DNA of 36,043 nt from Candidatus Omnitrophota bacterium (GTDB lineage Bacteria > Omnitrophota > Gorgyraeia > Gygaellales > Profunditerraquicolaceae). Shown piece by piece: positions 25,991-36,043 of this stretch. Where the stretch lies: contig JAHJJA010000037.1 in NCBI GenBank assembly GCA_018822885.1, forward strand, positions 1-36,043, read 5' to 3'. A program made the translations under genes and the position numbers. The notes under the pieces are model-generated. The model did not search any database. It was not told the origin of the DNA and saw only the letters and a list, made by a program, of their open reading frames with translations. The stretch's first letter is position 1. Every line of letters starts with the position of its first letter.

Positions 25991-28767
25991 TAGATGAATT
26001 ATCAAAGCAATATAATCCAAAGGAAACTGAGGATAAATGGTATAAGTTTTGGGAAGAGAATGATCTTTTTTGCGCAAAGCCAAATCCTAAAAAGAAACCT
26101 TTCTGCATAGTCATCCCTCCGCCTAATGTGACGGGTATCCTGCACATGGGCCATGCTTTAAACAATACTATCCAGGATATTCTGATACGTTATCACCGCA
26201 TGAAGGGCGAAGAAGCTCTCTGGATGCCGGGGACTGATCATGCGGGGATCGCTACGCAAAACGTGGTCGAGAAATCCATTGCTAAAGAGGGCTTGAAACG
26301 CCAGGACTTGGGACGCGATAAATTTATTGAACGCGTCTGGCAGTGGAGGCAGCAGTATGGCTCGACTATCATCCATCAGCTAAAAAAAATAGGCGCTTCC
26401 TGTGATTGGCAGCGCACGCGTTTTACTATGGATGATGAGTATTCTAAATCCGTCCTGGAGGTCTTTGTCAGGTTATATGAGGCAGGGCTGATTTATCAGG
26501 GAAATCGTATAATCAATTGGTGCCCGCGCTGCCAGACCGCGCTTTCCGACGAAGAAGCTCCGCACCATGACCTGCAAGGGAATCTTTATTACCTCAGGTA
26601 TCCTTTGAAAGAGCAGGGACTGTCCCCGGCCTCAACTTACGGGCAAGCTAAGGGGACTGTCCCTTACGTCGTAGTCGCCACCACCCGCCCTGAGACAATG
26701 CTTGGGGATACCGCGGTTGCGGTAAATCCAAAGGATAAACGTTATAAGCATCTTATCGGCAAGACGATTGTCCTTCCTTTAGCGCATCGCGAAATCAAAA
26801 TAATTTCTGATAGCGCGGTAGATATGAAATTCGGCACCGGAGCAGTGAAGATCACACCCGCGCATGACCCGAATGATTACGCTACCGGGAAGAAACACGA
26901 TTTAGAGTTTGTAAATGTAATGTATCCTGATGGCCGCATGAATGAATTTGCCGGTGACTATAAGGATATGGATAGGTTTGAGGCGCGGGAAGTGATACTG
27001 GAGGATTTAAAAGAAAAAGGCCTGCTTGAAAAAGTAGAGCCGCATGCCTTGTCAGCCGGGCATTGTTATCGCTGTCACACTATAATCGAGCCATATTTAT
27101 CTAAGCAGTGGTTTGTGAAGATGGCCCCTCTGGCAAAGCCGGCGATTGAAGCGGTGAAAAAGGAAAGGATCAAATTTCATCCTAAGCGCTGGACCAAGGT
27201 TTATTTGAATTGGATGGAGAATATCCAGGATTGGTGTATTTCGCGCCAGATCTGGTGGGGACACCGTTTGCCTGTTTACTATTGTAAGAAGTGCCTTGAA
27301 ACTAAAGCCCCGGAATCAAAAATCAAAGATAGAAAATCAAAGATAGAACAAGGGATTATTGTTTCACGGATTAAGCCGGAGAAGTGCCCTTGGTGCGGCT
27401 CTAGCGATATTTATCAGGATGAAGATGTCTTGGATACATGGTTTTCTTCCTGGCTATGGCCCTTTGCCACTTTTTATTGGCCTGCAGGGACTGTCTCCAC
27501 CGAAGTTAATGCGTTTAGTTCTAAAGGGACTGTCCCGAAGGAAGATCTAAATTATTTCTATCCTACTTCAGTATTAGTGACTGCCCCTGAAATAATATTC
27601 TTCTGGGTCGCGCGCATGATAATGTCAGGTTTGGAGTTTATGAAGGACATCCCTTTTAGCGATGTCTACATCCATGGCACAGTGCGCGATATAGAAGGTA
27701 AAAAGATGTCCAAGTCTTTGGGTAATATTATCGACCCATTAGAGATAATAAAGGAGTACGGAACAGACGCTTTACGTTTTAGCCTGATTTCTATCACCGC
27801 CCAGGGCCAGGATGTCTATTTATCTAAAGAGCGTTTTGAGCAGGGCAGGAACTTTGCAAATAAGATCTGGAATGCCTCAAGATACATCCTTATGAATTTA
27901 GAGCCGGAGAATGTGCAAGTAGACCTTTGTGTATTTTTTAAGAAGGAGGACCTAAGTATTGTCAATCGCTGGATATTAAGCAGGTTTTATTCAGTGCTCA
28001 AAGAAATCAATAAGGACCTCGGTTCGTTTAAATTTAATGAGGCGGCAAATCTTCTTTATGGATTTTTTTGGCATGAGTTCTGCGATTGGTATTTGGAACT
28101 GATTAAGTCAGACATAAAGAATAAACAAAATCAGGTGGTGATGTATAAGGTCTTGGAGAAATTCCTGCGCACATTGCAACCGTTTATGCCGTTTATTACC
28201 GAAGAGGTATGGCAGAAATTGCCGCAAGGTCGCCAGGTCACAAGTATTATGGTTGAGCCGTGGCCGCATGTTCAGGAGCAGGTTATTGATAAGAAGACCG
28301 AAAGTAAACTGCTAGCCATTTTCGAGGCCATCACCCAGATCAGAAATATGCGCGCAGAGCTTGATATCCCTTTGCAAGCTACAGTAAAAGTCAAGATCGC
28401 TTGCGGGAACAAGCCAAAGCGCGAAGTCTTAAAACAGCTTTGTGTTGATATAGAGAAGTTGGCGAAATGCGAGTTGATAATAGAAGAGGATTATAGGCAC
28501 TCCCAGGGAGAATTTGTCAATGTCCTTAAAGACTTGCACATCGCTATTGTTTTGGCAGGAGCTATTGATGTAGATACTTATAAAGAGAAACTTAAACAAA
28601 AGATCGATAAGGCCAATCAGGATATCAAGGCAAAAGCCAACCTGTTGGGAAACTCTAATTTCGTCAAGAATGCCCCGGTTGAAATAGTAGAGAAGGAAAA
28701 AGAAAAACTGGCGGAACTCGAGGGCCTGCTTAAGAAAATGCAGGGGATAAGGGATGGGCTTAAATAG
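25987..28767 (+). CDS. valS: Valyl-tRNA synthetase
   Basis: PPPNVTG.LHMGH (HIGH), ATTRPETM, DWCISRQIWWGH, KMSKS, C-terminal coiled coil. Confidence 0.98.
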   Translation: MIDELSKQYNPKETEDKWYKFWEENDLFCAKPNPKKKPFCIVIPPPNVTGILHMGHALNNTIQDILIRYHRMKGEEALWMPGTDHAGIATQNVVEKSIAKEGLKRQDLGRDKFIERVWQWRQQYGSTIIHQLKKIGASCDWQRTRFTMDDEYSKSVLEVFVRLYEAGLIYQGNRIINWCPRCQTALSDEEAPHHDLQGNLYYLRYPLKEQGLSPASTYGQAKGTVPYVVVATTRPETMLGDTAVAVNPKDKRYKHLIGKTIVLPLAHREIKIISDSAVDMKFGTGAVKITPAHDPNDYATGKKHDLEFVNVMYPDGRMNEFAGDYKDMDRFEAREVILEDLKEKGLLEKVEPHALSAGHCYRCHTIIEPYLSKQWFVKMAPLAKPAIEAVKKERIKFHPKRWTKVYLNWMENIQDWCISRQIWWGHRLPVYYCKKCLETKAPESKIKDRKSKIEQGIIVSRIKPEKCPWCGSSDIYQDEDVLDTWFSSWLWPFATFYWPAGTVSTEVNAFSSKGTVPKEDLNYFYPTSVLVTAPEIIFFWVARMIMSGLEFMKDIPFSDVYIHGTVRDIEGKKMSKSLGNIIDPLEIIKEYGTDALRFSLISITAQGQDVYLSKERFEQGRNFANKIWNASRYILMNLEPENVQVDLCVFFKKEDLSIVNRWILSRFYSVLKEINKDLGSFKFNEAANLLYGFFWHEFCDWYLELIKSDIKNKQNQVVMYKVLEKFLRTLQPFMPFITEEVWQKLPQGRQVTSIMVEPWPHVQEQVIDKKTESKLLAIFEAITQIRNMRAELDIPLQATVKVKIACGNKPKREVLKQLCVDIEKLAKCELIIEEDYRHSQGEFVNVLKDLHIAIVLAGAIDVDTYKEKLKQKIDKANQDIKAKANLLGNSNFVKNAPVEIVEKEKEKLAELEGLLKKMQGIRDGLK
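26613..26663. repeat. Paired GGGACTGTCCC palindromic element inside valS (copy 1)
   Basis: GGGACTGTCCC at 26616-26626 and 26653-26663. Confidence 0.8.
27314..27348. repeat. Heptamer tandem repeat inside valS
   Basis: AATCAAA AATCAAA GATAGAA AATCAAA GATAGAA. Confidence 0.75.
27484..27536. repeat. Paired GGGACTGTCCC palindromic element inside valS (copy 2)
   Basis: GGGACTGTCTC at 27487-27497 and GGGACTGTCCC at 27526-27536. Confidence 0.8.
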
Positions 28768-29605
28768 TTTTGATAAAGAATTGAGGGGGGTAGTCTTTCG
28801 CGCTTTATCCGAGGATATCGGAAAAGGCGATATTACTTCAAAGATAGTCATCCCTGCGCACAAAAAGATCAAAGCCGTGTTTTTGGCAAAAGAGCCATGC
28901 GTGACTTGCGGCCTTAACGTGGCATCGATCACCTTTAGGAGTATTGACAAAAATATCAAATTCAGACCTATGGTTAAAGAAGGCCAGGCAGTCAGAAAAG
29001 GGACAAGGCTAGCGGCTGTCGAGGGAAATGCGCGTTCAATTTTGAGCGCGGAGAGAGTGGCTTTGAATTTTATTGCCATGCTTTCAGGGATAGCGACCAA
29101 GACGCGTGAGTATGTTGAGGCGGTCAAACCGTTTAGAGTAAAAATAATGGATACGCGTAAGACCACTCCGGGTTTAAGGCATCTGCAAAAATATGCGGTC
29201 AAGGCGGGCGGAGGCTGTAATCACAGGATGGGATTGTATGATATGGTTTTGGTGAAGGATAACCATCTTAAGGCCATAAGTTTGAAAGATTTGATTTATC
29301 GAATAAAAGAGAAGGCTCCGGAATCAATGAAAATAGAGATAGAGGTAGATAATTTGAAGGATTTTATTGAGGTATTAAAGGCCAGGCCGGATATTATAAT
29401 GCTAGATAATATGAGTATTCCGGATATGAAAAAAGCAGTCAATATGCGATATGGCCTGCGGCCTAAACTAGAAGCCTCCGGAGGCATCACCCTGCAAAAC
29501 ATCCGCAAAGTCGCTTCAACAGGCGTTGATATGATTTCTATCGGCGCGCTCACCCATTCTATTAAATCAGTTGATATCAGTTTAGAGTTTCTCTTAGATG
29601 GATAG
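28754..29605 (+). CDS. nadC: Quinolinate phosphoribosyltransferase
   Basis: [42 protein letters not shown]. Confidence 0.96.
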   Translation: MGLNSFDKELRGVVFRALSEDIGKGDITSKIVIPAHKKIKAVFLAKEPCVTCGLNVASITFRSIDKNIKFRPMVKEGQAVRKGTRLAAVEGNARSILSAERVALNFIAMLSGIATKTREYVEAVKPFRVKIMDTRKTTPGLRHLQKYAVKAGGGCNHRMGLYDMVLVKDNHLKAISLKDLIYRIKEKAPESMKIEIEVDNLKDFIEVLKARPDIIMLDNMSIPDMKKAVNMRYGLRPKLEASGGITLQNIRKVASTGVDMISIGALTHSIKSVDISLEFLLDG

Positions 29606-31562
29606 ATTCCGACTTGTTTCTGATTACCGTCCCTGCGGAGACCAGCCAAAGGCGATAAGGCAATTGGCAGATTCGATTTTGTCCGGCCAAAAATGCCAGA
29701 CTCTTCTTGGGGTGACTGGTTCAGGCAAGACCTTTACCCTGGCTAATGCGATAGCCGAGGTGAATTTACCCACATTAGTCATCTCCCATAATAAGACTTT
29801 AGCCGCGCAATTGTACTCGGAGTTTAAAGAGTTTTTCCCGCATAATGCCGTCGAGTATTTTGTCAGCTACTACGATTATTATCAGCCGGAAGCCTACATT
29901 CCTTCCACTGATACCTATATTGAGAAGGATTCTTCAATAAATGAGCGCCTTGATCGCCTGCGTCTCTCAGCCACGACTTCACTGATGAGCCGCAAAGACG
30001 TCTTGATAGTGGCTTCTGTTTCCTGTATTTATAATCTGGGCAGTCCCCAGGATTACCGGGATATGCTTGTTTTTCTTGAAAAAGGCCAGGTGCTCTCGCG
30101 CGAGGAGATAATCTCTAAGCTTATCCTGATCCAATACGAAAGGAATGACTATGAGTTTGTCAGAGGCAAGATCAGGGTAAGGGGGGATTGTCTCGAGGTA
30201 TTTCCTTCATACCAGGAGAAGGCCATACGGATAGAACTTTTCGGAGATACTATAGAGAAGATCAGCGAAATTGACCCTGTTTCAGGGGAGGTTTTAAATC
30301 AGTTCACAAAGGCCGCGATCTACCCGGCAAAGCATTTTATTGTTTCCGGAGCCTATATTGACAGCGCGATAGCCCTGATAAAACAGGAACTAGAGGAACG
30401 GCTTGGCTTTTTAAGGTCTAAAAACAAACTCCTGGAGGCCCAGCGTCTTGAGTCGCGCACTAAATACGATATGGAGATGCTCAAAGAAATCGGATACTGC
30501 CACGGCATCGAGAATTATTCGCGGCATCTTTGCGGCCGGCCCGCAGGCTCGCGCCCTTATTCATTGATCGATTATTTTCAAGGTGATTTCCTCGCTGTTA
30601 TCGATGAGTCTCATGTCACTATTCCTCAGATCCGGGGGATGTATGAAGGCGACCGCGCGAGAAAAGAGGTCTTAGTTGATTATGGGTTTAGGCTCCCGTC
30701 TTGTCTTGATAATCGCCCGCTTAAATTTGAGGAGTTCGATGAACTTGTGAAGCAAACAGTCTATGTTTCAGCTACTCCCAATGATTATGAGGTAAAAAGA
30801 AGCAATGATAAGATCATCGAGCAGATCATCCGTCCCACGGGGCTTATCGATCCGCAGATCATTGTCAAACCAAGCGAGGGACAAATTGAGGATTTGATTA
30901 AGGAAGTAAAAGAACGCTCCAAAAGAAATGAACGCGTTTTAGTGACCACATTGACCAAGAGGAGCGCAGAGGATCTGACTACTTACTTGCAGGAAAAGGG
31001 TTTAAAGGTAAAATACATGCACTCTGAAATAGAGACAATTGAGCGCTCCAAAATCCTTCGGGATTTAAGAAAGCAGGATTTTGACTGCTTGGTAGGGATC
31101 AATCTACTAAGGGAGGGCTTGGATTTGCCGGAGGTCTCGCTGGTAGCGATTTTAGACGCGGATAAAGAAGGGTTTTTGCGTTCGGCAACCAGCCTGATAC
31201 AGGTCTCCGGACGCGCGGCGCGTAACTTAAACGGCACGGTAATCATGTACGCGGATACTCTTACCGGCTCAATGAAAAAGGCGATAAGCGAATGTAATCG
31301 CCGACGGGAGATCCAGCTAAAGTTTAACGAGGATAATTCGATCACTCCGCGCTCAATACAAAAGGCAATCCGTGATGGCATTGAGGATTTGGCAGAGGCA
31401 GAGGAATTTGTAAAGGATCTTACCGGAGAAAAAAGAGACGAATATGAGTTGCGTAAATATATTTCTGAATTAGAATATGAGATGGAGCTTGCCGCGCGTA
31501 ACCTGCAGTTTGAAAAGGCAGCGCAGTTAAGGGATAAAATAAAAGAAATAAAAATAAAATAA
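29598..31562 (+). CDS. uvrB: Excinuclease ABC subunit B
   Basis: [36 protein letters not shown]-terminal UVR domain. Confidence 0.98.
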   Translation: MDRFRLVSDYRPCGDQPKAIRQLADSILSGQKCQTLLGVTGSGKTFTLANAIAEVNLPTLVISHNKTLAAQLYSEFKEFFPHNAVEYFVSYYDYYQPEAYIPSTDTYIEKDSSINERLDRLRLSATTSLMSRKDVLIVASVSCIYNLGSPQDYRDMLVFLEKGQVLSREEIISKLILIQYERNDYEFVRGKIRVRGDCLEVFPSYQEKAIRIELFGDTIEKISEIDPVSGEVLNQFTKAAIYPAKHFIVSGAYIDSAIALIKQELEERLGFLRSKNKLLEAQRLESRTKYDMEMLKEIGYCHGIENYSRHLCGRPAGSRPYSLIDYFQGDFLAVIDESHVTIPQIRGMYEGDRARKEVLVDYGFRLPSCLDNRPLKFEEFDELVKQTVYVSATPNDYEVKRSNDKIIEQIIRPTGLIDPQIIVKPSEGQIEDLIKEVKERSKRNERVLVTTLTKRSAEDLTTYLQEKGLKVKYMHSEIETIERSKILRDLRKQDFDCLVGINLLREGLDLPEVSLVAILDADKEGFLRSATSLIQVSGRAARNLNGTVIMYADTLTGSMKKAISECNRRREIQLKFNEDNSITPRSIQKAIRDGIEDLAEAEEFVKDLTGEKRDEYELRKYISELEYEMELAARNLQFEKAAQLRDKIKEIKIK

Positions 31563-31564
31563 CT

Positions 31565-32311
31565 ATGCTATTAGCAATCGATATAGGCAACACAAATATC
31601 AATGTTGGCCTTTTTAAGGGGAGGCGCCTTGTGCGGGTGTGTTCTGTGCCCACAAAACAAAAAGATTATCGGCTTGTCCTTAGAAAGATTCTGGCGGGTA
31701 AGCCGATAGAGGATTCGGTTATCTGCAGCGTTGTGCCTAAGGTAAGTGTCTCTTTAGCAAGAGATTTAAAAGCCCTTACCGGAAAGCGCGCTCATATAAT
31801 AGGTAAAGATCTCCGGGTCCCGATCAAGAATCTATATAGAAAACCTGATGAAGTCGGCCAAGATAGGCTCGTCAATGCTTATGCCGGTGTGATCTTGTAT
31901 GGCGCGCCTTTAATATCAATTGATTTTGGTACTGCGATAACCTTTGATGTGATATCTAGGAGAGGTGAGTATCTCGGCGGTATGGTCTTGCCCGGTTTAA
32001 AGATCTCTCTTGAGGCACTTTTTGAGCGAACGGCTTTACTGCCGAAAATTTCCTTAAGCGCTCCGAAAGAATTTATCGGCAGAGACACAAAGAATAGCAT
32101 GCTTAGCGGCATCGTTTATGGTTACGCGGCACTTACCGATGATCTTGTGAACAGGATAAAGAGTAAGATTGGCAGGGGCGCTAAAGTTATCGGTACCGGC
32201 GGAAACATCAGCTTGATAGGAAAATATTGCAGGAGGATAGACAAAATAGACCGGGACTTGACTTTAAAGGGTGTCAATTTCGCCTATAAAAATCTCTTAA
32301 AAAACTCTTGA
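31565..32311 (+). CDS. coaX: Type III pantothenate kinase
   Basis: IDIGNT, SVVP, GQDR, DFGTAITFD, GTGG. Confidence 0.95.
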   Translation: MLLAIDIGNTNINVGLFKGRRLVRVCSVPTKQKDYRLVLRKILAGKPIEDSVICSVVPKVSVSLARDLKALTGKRAHIIGKDLRVPIKNLYRKPDEVGQDRLVNAYAGVILYGAPLISIDFGTAITFDVISRRGEYLGGMVLPGLKISLEALFERTALLPKISLSAPKEFIGRDTKNSMLSGIVYGYAALTDDLVNRIKSKIGRGAKVIGTGGNISLIGKYCRRIDKIDRDLTLKGVNFAYKNLLKNS

Positions 32312-32335
32312 CAAAATATTTTTTTATTTTATAAT
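32308..32335 (+). promoter_or_regulatory. Sigma70 promoter of groESL
   Basis: TTGACA-16 nt-TATAAT. Confidence 0.85.
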
Positions 32336-32361
32336 TAGCACTCCATACGTAAGAGTGCTAA
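32335..32361 (+). promoter_or_regulatory. CIRCE element (HrcA operator)
   Basis: Perfect TTAGCACTC-N9-GAGTGCTAA abutting the -10 box. Confidence 0.97.
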
Positions 32362-32399
32362 AATCGGTTAAATCAAACTAATAAGAGGAGGTGTACGAA

Positions 32400-32690
32400 A
32401 TGGATATGAAACCATTAGGTGACAGAGTAGTGATCAAGCCTTTAGAGGCAGAAGCCAAGACTAAAGGCGGGATAGTATTGCCTGATACAGCGAAAGAGAA
32501 ACCCCAAGAGGGCAAGGTCGTGGCAGTCGGCAAGGGCAAGGTTTTAGACAACGGCAGCGTTGCGGCCCCGGAAGTAAAAGTTGGTGACAAGGTATTATAC
32601 GGAAAATATTCCGGAAATGAGATCACCACCAAAGAGGGCGAAGAGCTTTTGATTATGCGCGAAGAGGATATTTTAGCGATCATTAAGTGA
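32400..32690 (+). CDS. groES: Co-chaperonin GroES
   Basis: [23 protein letters not shown]; ATG 32400 behind GAGGAGGTG. Confidence 0.97.
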   Translation: MDMKPLGDRVVIKPLEAEAKTKGGIVLPDTAKEKPQEGKVVAVGKGKVLDNGSVAAPEVKVGDKVLYGKYSGNEITTKEGEELLIMREEDILAIIK

Positions 32691-32701
32691 GGACATAACT
32701 T

Positions 32702-32728
32702 ATCCTTGACATCGTAGATGTCAAGGAT
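32702..32728. repeat. Perfect 12-bp inverted repeat between groES and groEL
   Basis: ATCCTTGACATC-GTA-GATGTCAAGGAT. Confidence 0.75.
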
Positions 32729-32753
32729 CTATAAGCTTAAAGAGGAGGAGTCA

Positions 32754-34403
32754 ATGGCAAAGCAATTGTTGTATGCGGATGAAGGCCGCAGGAAGATTTT
32801 ACAAGGCGTTGAACAGTTGGCCAGGGCGGTAAAGGTCACCCTTGGGCCAAAAGGGCGCAATGTCGCTCTTGACAAAAAATTCGGCTCACCGACCATTACT
32901 AAGGACGGTGTCACTGTAGCCAAAGAAGTAGAGCTTGAGGATCCTTTTGAAAATATGGGCGCCCAGATGGTCAAGGAAGTCGCTGAAAAGACTTCTGATA
33001 TTGCTGGTGACGGAACTACTACAGCTACTATCTTAGCCGAGGCGATTTATCGCGAAGGCCTTAAGAATGTAACTGCAGGTGCCAATCCCATGGCTTTAAA
33101 ACGCGGCATCGAGAAAGCAGTTGAGAAGGTTTTTGAGGAGTTAAAGAAGCTTTCAACTCCTATCAAAGATAAAAAAGAAGTGGCCCAGGTCGCTTCAATT
33201 GCGGCTAACTGTGACACTACCATAGGCGATTTGATCGCAGAGGCTATGGAGAAGGTCGGCAAGGATGGAGTTATTACAGTTGAAGAAGCAAAGTCAACTG
33301 CGACCACCTTGGAAGTCGTCGAAGGTATGCAGTTTGACCAGGGATATCTCTCTCCTTATTTTGTGACTGATGCCGAGAGAATGGAAGTGATCTTAGAGGA
33401 GCCTTATGTTCTCATTCATGAGAAAAAAATCTCTTCTTTAAAGGATCTCTTGCCTTTATTAGAGAAGACTGCCCGCACCGGAAAACCGCTTTTGATCATT
33501 GCGGAAGAAGTAGAAGGCGAGGCATTAGCCACATTAGTTGTGAATAAGATCCGCGGCACCCTTGCTATTTGCGCGGTAAAGGCCCCGGGCTATGGCGACA
33601 GACGTAAGGCCATGCTTGAGGATATCGCTGTTCTTACTAACGGAAAGGCTATTACCGAGGATCTCGGTATCAAGTTAGAGAACGTGGATCTGGAAGACCT
33701 GGGACGTGCCAAAAGAGTCAAGGTTGACAAAGAAAACACCACGATTGTCGAAGGTGCCGGAAAGACTCAGGGTATCAATGGCAGAATTGCCCAGATCAGA
33801 AAGCAGATCGAAGATTCAGATTCTGATTATGATAAAGAGAAATTGCAGGAGCGCCTGGCTAAGCTTGCAGGTGGCGTGGCAGTGATCAATGTGGGAGCTG
33901 CAACCGAGACCGAAATGAAAGAGAAGAAGGCCAGGGTTGAGGATGCTCTTCATGCAACCCGCGCTGCGGTTGAGGAAGGCATAATCCCGGGCGGCGGAGT
34001 AGGGCTGATTCGCACTATCCCTGCGCTTGAGAAATTGAAACTCGAAGGCGATGAGAAGATCGGTGTTGATATTATTAGGCGCGCACTGGAAGAGCCGATC
34101 AGGCAGCTTTGCAATAACGCGGGCCTCGAGGGTTCAGTTGTAGTGATGCGCATAAAACAGGAGAAGACTAATACAGGTTACGATGTGGCTCAAGATGCTT
34201 ATGTTGATATGATCGACGCGGGCGTAATCGATCCGACAAAAGTTACTCGTTCAGCATTGCTTAATGCTTCAAGCATCGCAGCATTGTTGTTGACTACCGA
34301 AGCAGTCGTCACGGACAAGCCTGAAAAGGAATCTTCTATGCCAGCAATGCCTCAAGGTGGCGGTATGGGCGGCATGGGTGGCGGCATGGGAGGAATGTAT
34401 TAA
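32754..34403 (+). CDS. groEL: Chaperonin GroEL
   Basis: MAKQL start behind [28 protein letters not shown]-repeat tail. Confidence 0.98.
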   Translation: MAKQLLYADEGRRKILQGVEQLARAVKVTLGPKGRNVALDKKFGSPTITKDGVTVAKEVELEDPFENMGAQMVKEVAEKTSDIAGDGTTTATILAEAIYREGLKNVTAGANPMALKRGIEKAVEKVFEELKKLSTPIKDKKEVAQVASIAANCDTTIGDLIAEAMEKVGKDGVITVEEAKSTATTLEVVEGMQFDQGYLSPYFVTDAERMEVILEEPYVLIHEKKISSLKDLLPLLEKTARTGKPLLIIAEEVEGEALATLVVNKIRGTLAICAVKAPGYGDRRKAMLEDIAVLTNGKAITEDLGIKLENVDLEDLGRAKRVKVDKENTTIVEGAGKTQGINGRIAQIRKQIEDSDSDYDKEKLQERLAKLAGGVAVINVGAATETEMKEKKARVEDALHATRAAVEEGIIPGGGVGLIRTIPALEKLKLEGDEKIGVDIIRRALEEPIRQLCNNAGLEGSVVVMRIKQEKTNTGYDVAQDAYVDMIDAGVIDPTKVTRSALLNASSIAALLLTTEAVVTDKPEKESSMPAMPQGGGMGGMGGGMGGMY

Positions 34404-34428
34404 AAACAGCTCTAAGCTTTAAGCTGTA

Positions 34429-34470
34429 AGGGGGCGAAGGCGTATAAAACCTTCGCCCCCTAGTAGTTTT
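34429..34470 (+). terminator. Probable groEL terminator hairpin
   Basis: AGGGGGCGAAGG-N9-CCTTCGCCCCCT, followed by AGTAGTTTT. Confidence 0.65.
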
Positions 34471-34524
34471 GTTCTTATCGAAAATCAGATTTATTCCGAA
34501 GCAATAAAAATAGTAAAATAATAC

Positions 34525-34552
34525 TTGACAAAAAACCATTTTATTGTATACT
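34525..34552 (+). promoter_or_regulatory. rrn sigma70 promoter with A-rich UP-like region
   Basis: TTGACA-16 nt-TATACT, with A-tracts upstream. Confidence 0.8.
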
Positions 34553-34670
34553 TAAATTCCCTCAGTTAATGCAGGGCAATTTATATCGTGAATAAAATCA
34601 AAACGGTATTGAAAATTTAGTATCAATTTATTCGGCGGTAAGGCGAGTAAAGTTAAATTATAGACTTTAT

Positions 34671-34722
34671 GCGCCCCGATAACTGTCGGGGCGTTTTTTT
34701 ATTGTTCTTTTGATAATTGAAT
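34671..34722 (+). promoter_or_regulatory. rrn leader hairpin plus boxA-like antitermination signal
   Basis: GCGCCCCGAT-AACT-GTCGGGGCGT, T7 run, then TGTTCTTTTGA. Confidence 0.55.
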
Positions 34723-34828
34723 AGCCGAGCGTGGCCAATATGAATGCAGATTCATATCGGTCAATTATTTGAGGTAACAAAACGAAAATATAAATCATTA
34801 GAGCCATTATACATTCTTATTCGAATTT

Positions 34829-36043
<1,215 letters not shown>

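Noticed and set aside
28429-29202. Long minus-strand ORFs (257 aa here; also 22282-22947, 5980-6480 and others)
   Set aside because: Antisense shadows of well-conserved + strand genes, with no recognisable motifs
32702-32728. TTGACA inside the groES-groEL palindrome as an internal promoter
   Set aside because: The candidate -10 (TATAAG) is imperfect and TTGACA is part of a perfect IR; an mRNA hairpin is the simpler reading, and a promoter cannot be supported from sequence alone

Overview
Core-genome window of an anaerobic bacterium, with every credible gene on the + strand. The 16S sequence and gene content suggest the PVC superphylum, most likely Ca. Omnitrophota (inference). Gene order: tail of a Wood-Ljungdahl cluster (acsV-like end, cooC/acsF, acsD, acsE), dgkA, tRNA-Met, tilS-ftsH-folP-cdaA-(mini cdaR)-pdxJ-acpS-nnrD, tRNA-Thr/Tyr/Gly, archaeal-like thyA, two PilZ proteins, gpsA, tRNA-Pro, a B12 radical SAM enzyme, hom-thrC-coaB...apgM-lysC-cimA-valS-nadC-uvrB-coaX, CIRCE-controlled groES-groEL, and the 5' ~1.2 kb of a 16S rRNA gene. 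Main finding: tRNA-Tyr(GUA) is split inside its anticodon (between nt 35 and 36) by a compact 200-nt, ORF-less group I intron whose P1-P9 structure can be read directly from the sequence. Second theme: small palindromic and heptameric repeats sit in intergenic DNA and in frame inside essential genes (at least three insertions in valS). The 3' ends of cimA and tRNA-Met are duplicated around hairpin elements. Also seen: an unannotated 45-aa CdaR-anchor-like ORF, a tRNA-Met with a compensated A19-U56 elbow, and a reductase-fused FolP together with ThyA.
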